Below are positions 26,856 to 40,533 of a stretch of DNA of 64,000 bases, piece by piece. The notes under the pieces were generated by a model. It searched no databases, was not told where the DNA came from, and worked only from the letters and a program-made list of their open reading frames with translations. The translations under genes were made by a program, and so were the position numbers. The stretch comes from Eledone cirrhosa (Eukaryota): the NCBI GenBank assembly GCA_964016885.1, contig OZ024742.1, positions 333,684,001 through 333,748,000 of the forward strand. The letters run 5' to 3'. Position 1 is the stretch's first letter. Every line of letters starts with the position of its first letter.

Positions 26856-27417
26856 AAATATTAAATGTTGAAACAGCAGAGAATTATATATGAAGCATTG
26901 TTTTTGTCTTTTATTAATTTAATCCGACACTATCTCACACAACACCACAAAACAAAAAAAAACTATATACTTTTATAAAACAAACATTACTCGAAAAAAT
27001 AGATCTTTGACAATTTCTGATTTCTTATCTTCCTTTCAACTCACAACGATCTTGGACGTTTCATCACTATATAGCACTGTTCATTCACCTTACACAACAC
27101 ACAGCGATAATCCTTCTCATGAGAAGAAATTCAATGGAATCTTAACCAACTGCTTAAATCTCACAATCACACCCACACATAGAAAAGTATACATAAAGAA
27201 TAATTCTTGTAGATAAACCCAGATATTCCCATTACACAGAAATAAAGATACGCTTTTTTAACTTCCAATTTTAAATATACTTCTTTCCTATTTCCACTTT
27301 TACTTTTTACTACTTTATCCCTCTTTTCAACTATAAATATAAATATATATATATATACACATATATATATATATATATATTTATATATACATATATATAT
27401 TTATATATATATATATT

Positions 27418-27665
27418 TATAGCATCGATATTTAAGTGAAGTATATACAAACATACACACTTCAAACACACATATATATATACACTCATATACGTACACA
27501 TACACACAAACAAACACGCTCGCACACACACACACACACACACGCGTACACACGTGTGTGTGCGCGCGTGTTTGTTTTTGTGTATGTGTACGTATATGAG
27601 TGTATATATATGTGTGTTTGAAGTGTGTATGTTTGTATATACTTCACTTAAATATCGATGCTATA
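27418..27665. repeat. Near-perfect palindrome of CA/TA-rich sequence
   Basis: TATAGCATCGATATTTAAGTGAAGTATATAC...GTATATACTTCACTTAAATATCGATGCTATA. Confidence 0.9.
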
Positions 27666-28486
27666 GTTTATGTCGCGAATTTGTTTGTGTTCAATACATA
27701 CAGATAGATGAAATAAATACTATGGTCAATATGATCGACTAAGCAACTAAATATTGGACATCCTTGCACTAGTGCATCGCAGTCAGATAACTGTGTACAG
27801 TAAAATATATCATATGTCATACTTAATTCTAAATTATATATTCAACATTTAATTGTTTTGCAAATAATATAAATAATATAAACTACGACTCTTGTGTCGG
27901 TGGAAACATTGACAGTCCCATAAATTAACTATTAGATACAACATCTTTTATTTACCAGTTAGTTTAATGTCCAGATATTTGCCTGAATCCAGCTGTTTGT
28001 CGTTCTTTGATATTGAGTAATATCTCTCCGATATTGCCAACAAACGTCGTGATTTCGATTCTAGGTTCGCATAGCGGCTTCCATTCTTGAGCAAAAAACT
28101 TCGATTTTTTTTTCTCCTGTGACTAAGCTAAAGAAAAATGTGTACTAGATTCGGCTCGAAGTTAACTTATCCAGTGTGAAGTCGTTTCATAATAAACATA
28201 TGAAACCTATAATTAAAACAGACGAAAATATGAAACAAGGCCAGTGAAGGCTTCATAGACTTGATCGATAAAACTAATATCAACGTTAATTATCGTTGTA
28301 TGATAATACGACCTTAGTTTTCCTCAAAACAGGGTTAGTATGATAAACTCCGAAGATAAAAGAGTACACGAGGACAACTATATTTCATGTAACATTCTAC
28401 CTAGTACAGTGGAGGCAGCATGGCCAAATAGTGAGGAATATCGCTGCGCAATCTCTATCTATTTCATTCTATTATGTGTCACCACA

Positions 28487-28685
28487 GGGGTGGATTAGCA
28501 GAATCTGTAGAGCGTCGTACAATATACTTTTGGGCATAGTTACGGCCTTTCACGCTCTGAATTCATATACCGCCGAGTTTAGCTGTATATTTCATCCTTA
28601 CTGGGTCGATAAAATACAGTACCAGCCACGCACTGTGTCGATTTAATCGACTTCCCCTTCCCCTAAAAGCGTTCGCCTTGTAATT
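28487..28685 (+). mobile_element. Older copy of the ~190-bp SINE
   Basis: TTTCATCCTTACTGGGTCGATAAAATACAGTACCAG core. Confidence 0.75.
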
Positions 28686-29217
28686 AAATTATTATGTGTC
28701 ACCTGGGCCAAGTGACCTTTAGCATAATTTCGGATATACTCTTGCCTTGTTCAGTGACATCATTTATTACGGTATATTGTGGCGTATTATATACCCGAAT
28801 AAATCTCGTTCATACATGGCAATTCTTGGCAATTCTACACCCTACACTGACCGTTACTTGATTTTGTATAGCAATTAATGCGTATGGCAGAATACGGATG
28901 TAAATGTTCACCTGACATCATATCTGCATATGACCCCAGAGTTAAATTTACCAAATTGCCTTTCTAACATTTCTATAGCTCACGCAGGGATTTATAATCG
29001 AAATATTGTCTGCGGGGGTCATTAAGAAATTATACCCATTTAGTTTGAATCTTATTTTCCATGTTTACAAATCGACCATTCTATATCATGTGCAATTATA
29101 TTGATGTACAAACAATGGGAAATGCACATTTCTCCGAGGTTGAAATGAAGAAATCTGGATGTCTTCTCTTTTAAATCCATGAAATTACCAATTATATTAA
29201 TATTAATGTGAATACTG

Positions 29218-29408
29218 GGCGGTGGATTGGCAGTATCGGTAGAGAGTCGGACGCCATGCTTTCCAACATAGAGTTACGTCCTTTTTCTCACTGAGTTCAA
29301 ATCCCGCCGAGGTTAACTTTGCTTTTCATCCTTATGGGATCGATAACATAAAGTACCAGTAATGAACTGCGTAATTACTGGCTTTGTGCCAAAAGTAGAA
29401 ACAATTAA
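29218..29408 (+). mobile_element. Full-length ~190-bp SINE
   Basis: GGCGGTGGATTGGCAGTATCGG head, B box GTTCAAATCC, core, GTAGAAACAATT tail. Confidence 0.9.
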
Positions 29409-29720
29409 TGTTAATACTGTTTAGACTTATCTAAAAGACAACAAGAACCAATATATTCGGTATTCATAGAGGCAGATTACAATCTGATGAAAAATTGCTT
29501 GAAATAAATTTAGTAGGACAAGCAAGTGTAATATATCTCTTTAATAATACACGTATTACTCTTCGTATCTATTCCATAAAACTCAAACCCATTGTTCTTG
29601 AAGCTTGACAGCGAAATCAATGTGCCTTTTCAAGGTTTTATAGTATAGCGTTTCATAGCTATCGATTACTCAACACATCGATCAATTTTTTTTACTTTTT
29701 TCCTCTGAAATGATCGTAAA

Positions 29721-29913
29721 AATAATTGTTTCTACGTTTAGCACAAGGCCGGCAATTACTCAATGCATTACTGGCACTTTATTTTATAGACCCCGTAAGG
29801 ATGAACGGTAAAGTTAACCTTGGCGGGATTTGAACTCAGAATGGCAAGGGCCGTAACTCTATACGTCAAAGCATGGCGTCCGACCCTCTACCGATACTGC
29901 CAAACCACCGCCC
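29721..29913 (-). mobile_element. Full-length ~190-bp SINE
   Basis: Reverse complement of the same consensus. Confidence 0.9.
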
Positions 29914-30133
29914 TAAAGAACATGTAAAATAACCAATGATCGTAAAAATAATGATTGGTTATTTTACATGGTCTTATCTTTAGACGGATATATATGTGTG
30001 TGTGGGTGTATATGTGTGTGTGTGTCTGTGTGTATGCGTGTGTGTGTATGCGCGCGTGTATGTGTGTGTGCGTGTATGTATGTATGTGTGTATTTGTGTG
30101 TGTGTACATGTGTGTGTATATATCCGTAGATAT

Positions 30134-30650
30134 AATGTCAAGAAATATAAGGTTTCTGCTCGTTAGGTGCCACGTTTTCCGAGACCCGATCAAAATCGCA
30201 CCAAGCTGAACACATTACAGAAAAATCGGATATTGTTTGCCGCAGATCCAGCAGGTTTCCTTGAACGTTTCCAAACTCAGGATGAATATTGTGTTCATCC
30301 CTTTGAGCTAGAGACAAAGAGACGAGTCCTGCAGTGGGTAATTCCCTCATCACCAAAGAAGGCCAATGTCATTTCATCAGCAGGGAATTTCATGTTGTGT
30401 TTGGTAATGCAAAAAGCATTGGGTTTAGAGACATCAAAAGGGCTCCACTATCAATGGAGAGTATTATGTTAATGACTTTCTTGGCCTAAAGGATGAAAGC
30501 TTCTTCACTAATTCTATCCAAGCACGGCAACACCGATGGGAGAATTAGGTGCACCACAAGGCGGACTATGTTGAAAAATATCTCATTTGGTCATTTTCTT
30601 GAGAACATCTTGGTCAGCCTATGCACTTTTTTAAGCCGACGTTCATACAT
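30134..30650 (+). mobile_element. Mariner transposase remnant with probable right TIR
   Basis: KVSAR*VPR (WVPR motif), ADPAGFLERFQTQDEYCVHPFELETKRRVLQW..PKKANVISSAG, TINGEYY, terminal DYVEK. Confidence 0.88.
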
Positions 30651-31403
30651 ACATATATTTCGATACACACAGAATCAACCATTGGTTCTATATAATAGGT
30701 GAACTCACAATTATTGTGACTAACGTATTCAGAGAATTATTTAAACCTTGTTTCATAAGAAATAAGCCTGCCATGAATTTAAAAGAAATAAATACAAATA
30801 AAAATAGTGGAAACAGTATAGAATCTAAAATAAAGTGTTCATCATAGATTGCATTTTTTTTAAATACCTCACTAATAAACATAATACCCTATGTCAGTGG
30901 TAGTTTTATTTTTAATCAATAACACGTGTAGATGAATTTATTAAGGTCAAGTCAGTGTCCTATTACTATGGAGAATAAGTCAGTGTCCTATTATTCCAAG
31001 GCAAAATAGGTAATATTCATTCGTTGTTTGAAAAGTTTATACGGAACTACTCTGAAGTGGTGAGAGTCTGTCAAAATTGTTTTAAACATGAGTGACACTC
31101 ACTCAGGTTTCATAAAACTATTAATCTCTAATATATTATTGAGTCATCATTCTCACGACCGTCAATACTTAGGCGGTTTGATATATTTAGGGGTTTTAAA
31201 TATACATATTATTAACTTGTTTAGAAAATATAAGCCATTTAGGTTAGGAGCATTTACTTTAAAAATTGCCCCGCAGATAAAGATAAAATTTACAAATGTG
31301 TCATGTCAAAATTGAAACAGACATACATACAGAAATACATTTTGAATGATCAATACAGAAAATGAATTGTGTATGTTTGCATCTTTCTCTTAGTAACTAT
31401 CTA

Positions 31404-31437
<34 letters not shown>

Positions 31438-31722
31438 TGTGTGTGTGTTTGTGTGCATGTGTTAGAGAGAGGGGATGGGTATGTGTGTGGTAGCCTAAAG
31501 TTGCCTGATTTATTTTTCAGAATGTATAGGAATGTGGAGCTCAACCCGTTGTGTATTACTTCAGTGTGCCTAATTCACGTACACACACATTCATATATAT
31601 ATATATATATGAGTGTGTGTGTATATATATATATATACATATATAACGGAGGAAATGTGGTAAGGAACCAGGTGGACCATAACGCACCAAAGTACTCAAT
31701 ACTTAGGGTAGTAGAGTGGGTA

Positions 31723-31829
31723 ATAGGAACGAGTAGGACCCCGACGGCTGAGCTCAAGCCGTTTCGACGGCTAATTCTGGAATTAGCCGTCGAAACGGCT
31801 TGAGCTCAGCCGTCGGGGTCCTACTCGTT

Positions 31830-31834
<5 letters not shown>
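31723..31834. repeat. Perfect hairpin (55-bp arms) made of the terminus of the 37415 element family
   Basis: ATAGGAACGAGTAGGACCCCGACGG..CTAATTC TG GAATTAG..GGGGTCCTACTCGTTCCTAT; carries the GAAAC..GTC half of the hammerhead. Confidence 0.95.
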
Positions 31835-31882
<48 letters not shown>

Positions 31883-31885
<3 letters not shown>

Positions 31886-32000
31886 ACAGTTAGTTCACCA
31901 TACCGAGAAGAATTGTTTCACCTTCGCGGATCTTCAGCTCGGGATCTGAAGATCCGCGAAGGTGAAACAATTGTTCTCGGTATGGTGAACTAACAGTTGT
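31883..32000. repeat. Hairpin of a PLE terminus with two back-to-back hammerhead cores
   Basis: CTGAAGA TCC GCGAA GGT GAAAC AATT GTT CTCGG on plus, mutated copy on minus; same family as 46441-46507. Confidence 0.9.
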
Positions 32001-32371
32001 GTAACCACTTCTAGCTAACTTTGTCCCTTGGATTGAGTGCTTTACCACTACGGATATTACATTCCAGTGTTCCACCACTATATATATATATAAATATATA
32101 TATATAATGAACCGAAAAAATGAATCAAAATTTCATTACCCACCCTTAGTACGGCTGTTACCTAAATATAAGTATGTATACGTACATACATATATGTATA
32201 CAGACGTACAGCAGTATATATATATATATACATACATGCACACATATATATGTACGTATGGATTCACCCAACATTTATTATTATGCTTGGTGTGTTTGTA
32301 AACAAACATCCCGTATTAAGGCGTAGTGTCCCGCAACCACCGTTGCTCGTTTGTTCAACACTGACAAAGGA

Positions 32372-32414
32372 ACGCTGTACTAGTTTCAAGCTTATTAGCT
32401 ATCGTCAGCAACGT
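32372..32414 (-). ncRNA. Minimal type I hammerhead ribozyme, GUA
   Basis: ACGTTG CTGACGA TAGCT AATA AGCTT GAAAC TA GTA CAGCGT. Confidence 0.88.
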
Positions 32415-32780
32415 ATACCTTCCTGCCAGATGATTGAACGTCCGAAAGTATATACTTTCCTCATGCATATTAATGGCAGAGTAGCCCAATCTGCATATCG
32501 AGTGGGTTAATCGGCCGGGTGCACCGAAAACAATAAACGGAAAAAATGAAACGAAATTTCATTTCTCACCCTTAGAACGGCTGTTACTTAAATATAAGTA
32601 TGTATACGTACATACATATATGTATACAGACATACAGTAGTATGTATATATATTCCGTTTATCGTTTACGGTGCACCCGGCCGATTAACCCACGCGATAT
32701 GCAAATTGGGCTACTCAGCCGTTAATATACATAAGGAAAGTATATACTTTCAGACGTTCAATCATTTGGCATGAAGGAAT

Positions 32781-32823
32781 ACGTTGCTGACGATAGCTAA
32801 TAAGCTTGAAACTAGTACAGCAT
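32781..32823 (+). ncRNA. Minimal type I hammerhead ribozyme, GUA
   Basis: ACGTTG CTGACGA TAGCT AATA AGCTT GAAAC TA GTA CAGCAT. Confidence 0.85.
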
Positions 32824-33050
32824 TCCTTTGTCAGTGTTGAACAAACGAGTAACGGTGGTTGCTAGACACTACGGCTTAATACGGGATGTTTGTTTACAAA
32901 CACACCGAGCATTATAATAAATGTTCGGTGAATCCATACGTACATATATATATATGTGTACATGTATGTATATATATATACATACTACTGTACGTCTGTA
33001 TACATATGTGTATGTACGTATACATACTTATATATATATATAATGTATAC

Positions 33051-33144
<94 letters not shown>

Positions 33145-33275
33145 GTGTGTTTGTGTGTATGAGAATGTTTAAGTCTCTTCTCTATGCGTATGTTCTGAAA
33201 TGTTTACGCATCTAAACGTATATTAGGTTTGTAATATATATATATATACAAAGTTATCTTGAATATATATATTTA

Positions 33276-33339
<64 letters not shown>

Positions 33340-33706
33340 TTGTGTATGTGTGTGGACATATATATTTATGTGTGTGTTTACAGATACGCGAACGTATCTC
33401 CAAAAGGAACACACACATGGCATCTTATCAAACGATTTTCCCACATGCAAACACGCTCTCCTTCACAGAGTTATCTGCCACTGCTTACTACAGACTCTAC
33501 TTAACCGATCTCAGAGATATTTCCAACGACTTGCTGTCTCCGTTAAACGTTGACCCCTGCACGAGATAAAATAAATCTGCCCTTCTATTTTATTCTAGTC
33601 GGCCAGTTTCTAACTGCATTTGCTACTCTGGTTATCTGTGTCACAATATCGGCAGAAACATCACACGCGTTTATATATAGAAAGAACTGATTCTGGCTTT
33701 CTCTCT

Positions 33707-33759
33707 CTGTTTATGTTTATGTCTTCCTTCTCACTGCAAGTATACTTACATACATACAC

Positions 33760-33814
<55 letters not shown>

Positions 33815-33854
33815 CTGTTTATGTATATATCTTCCTTCTCATTGCAAGTATACT

Positions 33855-33905
<51 letters not shown>
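33707..33905. repeat. ~108-bp tandem duplication including a (CA)n tract
   Basis: CTGTTTATG..TCTTCCTTCTCA.TGCAAGTATACTTACATACATACAC occurs twice. Confidence 0.85.
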
Positions 33906-33953
<48 letters not shown>

Positions 33954-34354
33954 TCGGGACTATTACTATATTCTGCTTAACTGGTTTGCTGATGTAAGCT
34001 GTCTATAGATATATAACCATATAAACGAATTTCTATCTATTCTAAACACACACAAATAAAAAAAAAAGACTTACAGCTATTGACATATACCACTGACTTG
34101 TATATATACGTGTATGTGTATATGTGTATAAGTACATGCAGGTGTATTGTAGCCAAATATTTTACCTTCTATACATTTGCGTCTAATTCCATCAACTTAT
34201 ACTGGGAAAATGGCAGTAGTCATATATATAACTGTGTGCGTGTGCCGGGATGGAGATGGAGAGATTGAAAAACGGGAAAAAATAGAGGGTCCATGTTTCT
34301 AATTGAGATACTGTGTGTTTCTTATGTGCTTCATCCTAAAGAAGATAATAATAA

Positions 34355-34950
34355 GGGTAGATGGAGCAACTCTTCTTTCCGGAGTTACCAAATGAGAAAG
34401 GTTTTGAAACCTCGTCATTGTATCAGACTTTGCCATGTTGGTCCTTATATTACTGAATGACTATGTCGAGAATCCATTTTGAGGGGAAGGTGGGGAGCAC
34501 ATTAAGTGTTCCATGATTATTCCACGGATCCTTTTTGCACAGTTCAGTTTCAAATGCTTTGTTAAGGTCTACAGATGTCCCTTTCTGTTTCTTCTATATT
34601 TCTGGGAACATATTAGAGGTGCTTCCGTTACATCCAAATAAATCAACATTGGTTCCAGTAATTTTGTTTATGCAATGAAATGCCGAGGTAGTCCCCGATT
34701 ATCGGAAGCAGTTGGAATGTTCCCCTTCGTTATGGTATTGTGTGGTAACGGCTGTATAACGGAGGTCCTGTATTAGATTTTCTTGTTCCTTGCAGCAGAC
34801 AAAAAACACATAGAAAATGCTGGGCAATACATGACTATCCACATTTCCATATCACCTGTGGCAATACAACGACTGCTGCTAACTTTACATATTTCAACTG
34901 CTTCATGGCCCATCTAAAGCTGGTGTCTTTTCCGGGTCTGTGGGGCGAAA
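34355..34950 (-). mobile_element. RTE-type LINE reverse transcriptase fragment, heavily decayed
   Basis: Minus-strand remnants resembling YRGISL, VDL.KAF.T and S.PF...NG.KQGC motifs with frameshifts. Confidence 0.65.
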
Positions 34951-34982
34951 CTACAGAGTAACAAGACTCACTTTTGACACTT

Positions 34983-35383
34983 AATAATTGTTTCTACTTT
35001 GGGCACAAGGCCAGCAATTATCCACGTGCATTACTAGTACATTATTTTATCGACCTCGTAAGAATGAAAGGCAAAATTAACATCGGCGGGATTTGAACTC
35101 AGATCATAAAGGGAAGTAACTCTATGCTTCAAAGCATGGCGCCCGACACTCTACCGATAGTGCCAATCCACCGGTCTTTTTACCCTTAATAATAATTGTT
35201 TCTATATTTGGCACAAGGCCAGCAATTATCCGGTGCATTACTGGTACTTTATTTTATCGACCCCGTAAGGATGAAAGGCAAAGTTAACCTCGGCGGTATT
35301 TGAACTCACAATGGAAACGGCCGTAACTCTATGCGTCAAAGCATGGCGTCCATCCCTCTACTGATACTGCCAATCCACTGCCC
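34983..35383 (-). mobile_element. Two tandem full-length ~190-bp SINEs
   Basis: Copies at 34983-35174 and 35192-35383. Confidence 0.9.
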
Positions 35384-35393
35384 TTAATAATAA

Positions 35394-35466
<73 letters not shown>

Positions 35467-35755
35467 TTGTATTTATATAAATATATGTATGTGCATATAT
35501 GTATGCATATATACATGTGTATATATATATATATATATATGTATGTGCGTGTATATGCGTGTGTGTGTGTGTGTGTGTGCACGTGAGTGTGTGTGTCTGT
35601 GATAGCCGTTGATGTTTGATCTGAACGGATAGCAGAAATAGTTTTCAGATGGTTAACTCCAGAAGTTTGGAAGCATTGGCTTTATTGTGTTAAATGGCGA
35701 GGAAATATATTTGCTGTGCCGTTGTCTATAAACACTGGTTGATAGACATACGCAT

Positions 35756-35807
<52 letters not shown>

Positions 35808-35937
35808 ATATACTGTTCGGCATTCGAAGTCACTGTACTATGAGAAGTTTAAACAACATTAATGGCATCAATCACAGTGGTACTCGGAAAAAAGGACTTG
35901 GACATTTCTCATTTTTCCAGACCCATCAAAATAAAAT

Positions 35938-36540
35938 TCTTCTTGTCCTTCTTCTTCTTCTTCTTCTTCTTCTTCTTCTTCTTCTTCTTTTTCTTCTTCT
36001 TCTTCTTCTTCTTCTTCTTCTTCTTCTTCTTCTTCTTCTTCTTCTTCTTCTTCTTCTTCTTCTTCTACTTCTTCGTCTTCTTCTTCTTCTTCTTCTTGCA
36101 CTTATTTCTGAGTAGTTTCTGGGAGCAGAGTCTGCAAGTACACATTCCAGCAGGTCGTGTTAGAAGAAACTGTCACCAACTGATCTGGCTTGAATTCCAA
36201 GCAAGATTGGCCAATCTCTTGGATGTTATCCAACCATCATGATCGGTGTCTATACCTGGGTCTCCTACCTGCTGGCATTTGCCCGTAAAATCTGTTAAGT
36301 TATTCTTTCCTGAGACATTCTGCACACATGTTTGTAATCTCGTTGCTGTGATCACTCTATTCCTAGAATTAGAAGCTTGACCTGGAAAGATTCTCTGATA
36401 TCAGAGCTATGCACCCTATCGAGTAACATTACCGCAAAAAAACATGGGATGGACACCGCTTGTGTTAGAAATTATTCTTGCTGAAATAGTCAATAATTAT
36501 CATATAATGAAATGCAAAATATGATGCAGAATCTATACGT
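35938..36540 (-). mobile_element. RTE-type LINE 3' end with (AAG)n tail
   Basis: Decayed RTE-like C-terminal coding (L..I.W.D.V.N.E...HV.RM...R...YG...GRP) running into the (TTC)n tract 35938-36097. Confidence 0.6.
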
Positions 36541-36851
36541 CGGCGTATGAAATTTATATTGAGTTTCTTGACCCATGGGGGAGTCACAAGGTCGGTGTCA
36601 TTACATACGGCATATCTTGGTCATTTTAAAGATGGCGGAACAACAGCTACATCTTTCATACAGAAAGAAGGGGGAGAACACAGATATTCTGTGAGTGTAT
36701 ATGCGAGAGAGAGGGGGGAGAAAGAGAGAAAGAGGGAGATAAACAAAAAGAGGGTGAAGGGAAAGAGAGAGGGAGAGAGAGAGGGAGAGACAGGGAGAGA
36801 GAGAAATAGGGAGGGAGAGAGAGAGAAATAGAGACAGTAAAGCATTAATCC

Positions 36852-36958
36852 AATAATTGTTTCTACTTTTGGCACAAGGCCAGCAATTAACCAGTACATT
36901 ACTGGTACTTTATTTTATCGACCCGGCAAGGATGAAAGGCAAATTTGACCTCGGCGGG
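36852..36958 (-). mobile_element. 5'-truncated ~190-bp SINE
   Basis: Tail and core match. Confidence 0.85.
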
Positions 36959-37186
36959 TGGACCCAATAATGGCCTGTTACTTTATTTGTCGATCTGAAA
37001 ATGATATAAAATTAATGTTGTCCTCGGCGGGATCTTATCTTTGAGCGCATTTGATATTTTCTCACCAGGATCAATAAACTTCTGCATGACAGGGTATGAT
37101 TTCCGATGTATATTTTCAAGACATACACTAATATACTGAAGTAATTTAGAAACATTATGAATAGTAATACACACATACACACACAC

Positions 37187-37313
<127 letters not shown>

Positions 37314-37330
37314 TTCACACACACACACAC

Positions 37331-37401
<71 letters not shown>

Positions 37402-37414
37402 CATATATATATAT

Positions 37415-38599
37415 AGGAACGAGTAGGACCCCGACGGCTGAGCTCAAGCCGTTTCGACGGCTATTTCTGGACTAAATGAAAATGTTTATCCTGGTATATG
37501 AATAGCCGAGCTTCTCAGGGGGTAATTCCATATATGGTAAAAGTGATTGTCACAAGGATTGGTCAAAAGTTTGTTGTTGGAGCACATAATTCTATCATGG
37601 CAATTTGTGGAAAGAAGGGGTAGCTGAACCTGCCAGTAGAAGAAAGAGGAAGAGGGAGTGGAAGAAACCCAGTCGTGCGTTGATAGTGCCAACTACAGCA
37701 GAATCCTAAGGGCAGGAGGTCAAGCAAGTATACTAGGGAGGGGGAGGGGGAGGAAGTCAAAACAATAAGTAAATCAATATGGAGTAAATATATAGAAGAA
37801 TAATAAGAATGTTAAAAATATAAAAAAACAATTTCTGGTTACTATTCCCTTACCACAATCATCAAGTCTCTCACTGGTACTGCTAAACTATTGTAGTGAG
37901 AGAATTTTATGAGTTAGTAGTAATCAACCAAGTCAATCTTACAGTGACAGGTCAACATGTAGTGGGCCAAAATACTAAAGTAACTACTACGAAATGATAA
38001 TTCAGAGTCCCGAATCTAATACGAAATAATAATTCAGAATCCCGAAAATGAATACTAATACTATCTCTAAGGGTGCCGCTAAGATACAAACATTCTAGTA
38101 CAAACTACATAAATGCTCGTACGATATATATAAAAAATTGATACGGGAAATTAATTCAGAATCCCCCACCCCCTCACCACACAAAAAATAAATAAATAAA
38201 TAAATAAATAAATACTGATATACGAGAAACTAAAGCAGAGATACCACTGAGAAATGTAGAAAGCACGGAAATGGGGCAGCCATCGGATAAGAAAGCAAGT
38301 ATCTGGGGTCTATCACATCTGCTATAAAAAGCGGAGTCGGCCAATTCTATCATAGAATAGGGGAAGGGGGTGGGGGTACTGAGGCTACAAAGGACCGAGG
38401 GGCTGCCTCGGCTGGGCGAGAAAGTGCAAAGGACAACGACAAAGAAGGAGAACTGGGGTGGAATGACGAGGAAGGAATGGGGGGGGAAGAAGGAAATATA
38501 GAGGAAACGATAAAAAGATATAAAAGAAAATCTTACGTCTACCTTTGCAAGCAGGGGTTACCCATTACAAAGTCGGCAAGTGGGGTGTTACAGTCCTTG

Positions 38600-38600
<1 letters not shown>
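37415..38600 (-). mobile_element. pLTR-like element between (TA)n tracts with variant hammerhead at 37428-37523
   Basis: ACCCC CTGAGAA G.TCGGCTATT..AATAGCCG.. GAAAC GGCT TGAGCTC AGCC GTC GGGGT; homologous to 20770-21500. Confidence 0.78.
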
Positions 38601-38643
<43 letters not shown>

Positions 38644-38813
38644 ATAATAATAAATTTGAAGACTAAAATCCAAAGAGGGCTCGATAAGGATAAATATATA
38701 AGGATAAATATAAATACTTCTGTATTGTATTTATTTACTTTGTTCTGTATTGTATTTATTTACTTTGTTCTTAACTCTGTAGCGGAGATTCATTTGGTCT
38801 CCTAGTTGGAATT

Positions 38814-39067
38814 TTAGTCTACGACTTCTGCTATACCATTTACGTGGTTTTGTCTTTGCGTGCTATTGTTCTCCACAATCCACATATGACGTATTATCTT
38901 CGTTTTTTCGTTCATTGCCAGAGAACGTCTCTATGCACCACCTAAGAGAACATTAGTCTACGACCTCTTTTATACCATAAACGTGGTTCTGTCTTTGCGC
39001 GTAATTGTTTTTCACCGCTCCTATAAATGACGTATTATTCGTTTTTTCCCGTTCTTTGCCAGCGAAC
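38814..39067. repeat. ~139-bp imperfect tandem duplication inside a TA-flanked insert
   Basis: TTAGTCTACGAC..TATACCAT..ACGTGGTT.TGTCTTTGCG..TGACGTATTAT occurs twice. Confidence 0.85.
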
Positions 39068-39214
39068 CAAAGTATCGTCTTCCTGTCTTCCTCCGGTTGC
39101 AACGGTTTTTGAAATATCCAGTTCTGCGTTTACAGATTGACTTTGTTAGTTTCAGAAGATCCCGTTAAGGGTGGAAGCAGCGATTCTTTGCTTAAACTTT
39201 AATCTGTTATTTTA

Positions 39215-39296
<82 letters not shown>

Positions 39297-40066
39297 CGAA
39301 GGAAGTGTGGAAAGAAACCAGGTGGACCATAACGCACCAGGGTACTAAATACTTAGGGTAGTAGAATGGGTAATGAACTCTTTACTATATATATATTTAT
39401 ATATATACGTATGTATCTATGTATGTATATATATATATATATAGAGAGAGAGATAGATAGAGAGAGAGAAAGCGAGCGTGTAAGTGAACATCGGTAAATA
39501 GGTACTGCAGTGGAAATATCCGTCATATGTGTATGGGTATGTTTCTGCTTTAGCCTGATTCTGAGATTATGCCCCATAACCTAGTGGTTGGACAAACAAA
39601 GATTGATTAGATAAATATCGGGCTTAAAAATACTTTTTTTAAATAGTGTTGATTAGATCGAATACAACTTTCAATATCGTGCAACATTATGGTCATAGTC
39701 TTTTGACTGAAACTTGTAAAAGCATGAAAAAGAAAAAGTATATATTATATGTAGTTTTCCTAGATGTTTCGGGCTACGTAAACGCAGTTAACAAAGGTAC
39801 TCAATACGTTTGTAGAGTATAGGGATTGTTATTATGTATAGAAAATATTTCTACAGGATTAGAAATGTTTCTTTCATATGAAATCATCAGGATCACTTCA
39901 TATAAATGAAACACTTTTTGGTCTCTCTTTCTCTCCCGATGTATATATATATACGTATGTATGTTTTTCTTTTCTTTTTAGGGATTATAACCTCCAAGTT
40001 CACCAGAGTGAGGACTCGAGGTTTCTAATAGGAACAGGTAATGAAGATCTAACACTTCATCCTTTT

Positions 40067-40428
40067 GGTGAATTGGCAATATCGGTAGTGGGTCGGACAT
40101 GCTTTCCAGCATAGTTACGTCCCTTTACAATCTGAGTTCAAATCCCGCCGAGATTAACTTTGCCTTTCATCCATACTAGATCGATAAAATAAAGTACCAG
40201 TAATGTTCTGGGTAATTGCTGGCCTTGTGCCAAAAGAAGAAACAATTATTACTATATATATACTATAAGGAACAAGGATTCAGTGTTGCATCATAACATA
40301 TTTAATAATTGTTTCTACTTTTGGCACAAGGCCAGCACTTATACCAGTACATTACTTTTACTTTATTTTATCGACCCCATAAGGATGAAAGGCAAAGTTA
40401 ACCCCGGCTGGATTTCAACTCAGACCAT
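40067..40428. mobile_element. Two ~190-bp SINE copies tail-to-tail (40067-40250 +, 40305-40428 -)
   Basis: Core and tail matches. Confidence 0.85.
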
Positions 40429-40441
40429 AAGATATTTAATA

Positions 40442-40533
40442 ATACATTACATATGTTTCACTATCGATCAGCTCGAGGCAAGACCTGTGATAGATCGAAC
40501 CTGATTCTGTAATCGAAAGATCATCAGATATGC
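40442..40533 (-). ncRNA. Type I hammerhead motif, GUA (family D)
   Basis: ATAT CTGATGA TCT.TCGAT..ATCGATAGT GAAAC ATAT GTA ATGT. Confidence 0.75.

Larger units (their letters stand above)
32106..33032. mobile_element. ~426-bp hammerhead unit: partial tandem (32106-32650, -) plus inverted copy (32653-33032, +)
   Basis: CACCCTTAG.ACGGCTGTTAC.TAAATATAAGTATG repeats ~426 bp apart; the reverse-complement copy follows; (TA)n flanks. Confidence 0.88.

Noticed and set aside
35840-36242. Poly-L, poly-F and poly-E ORFs
   Set aside because: (TTC)n tract, probably an RTE tail.
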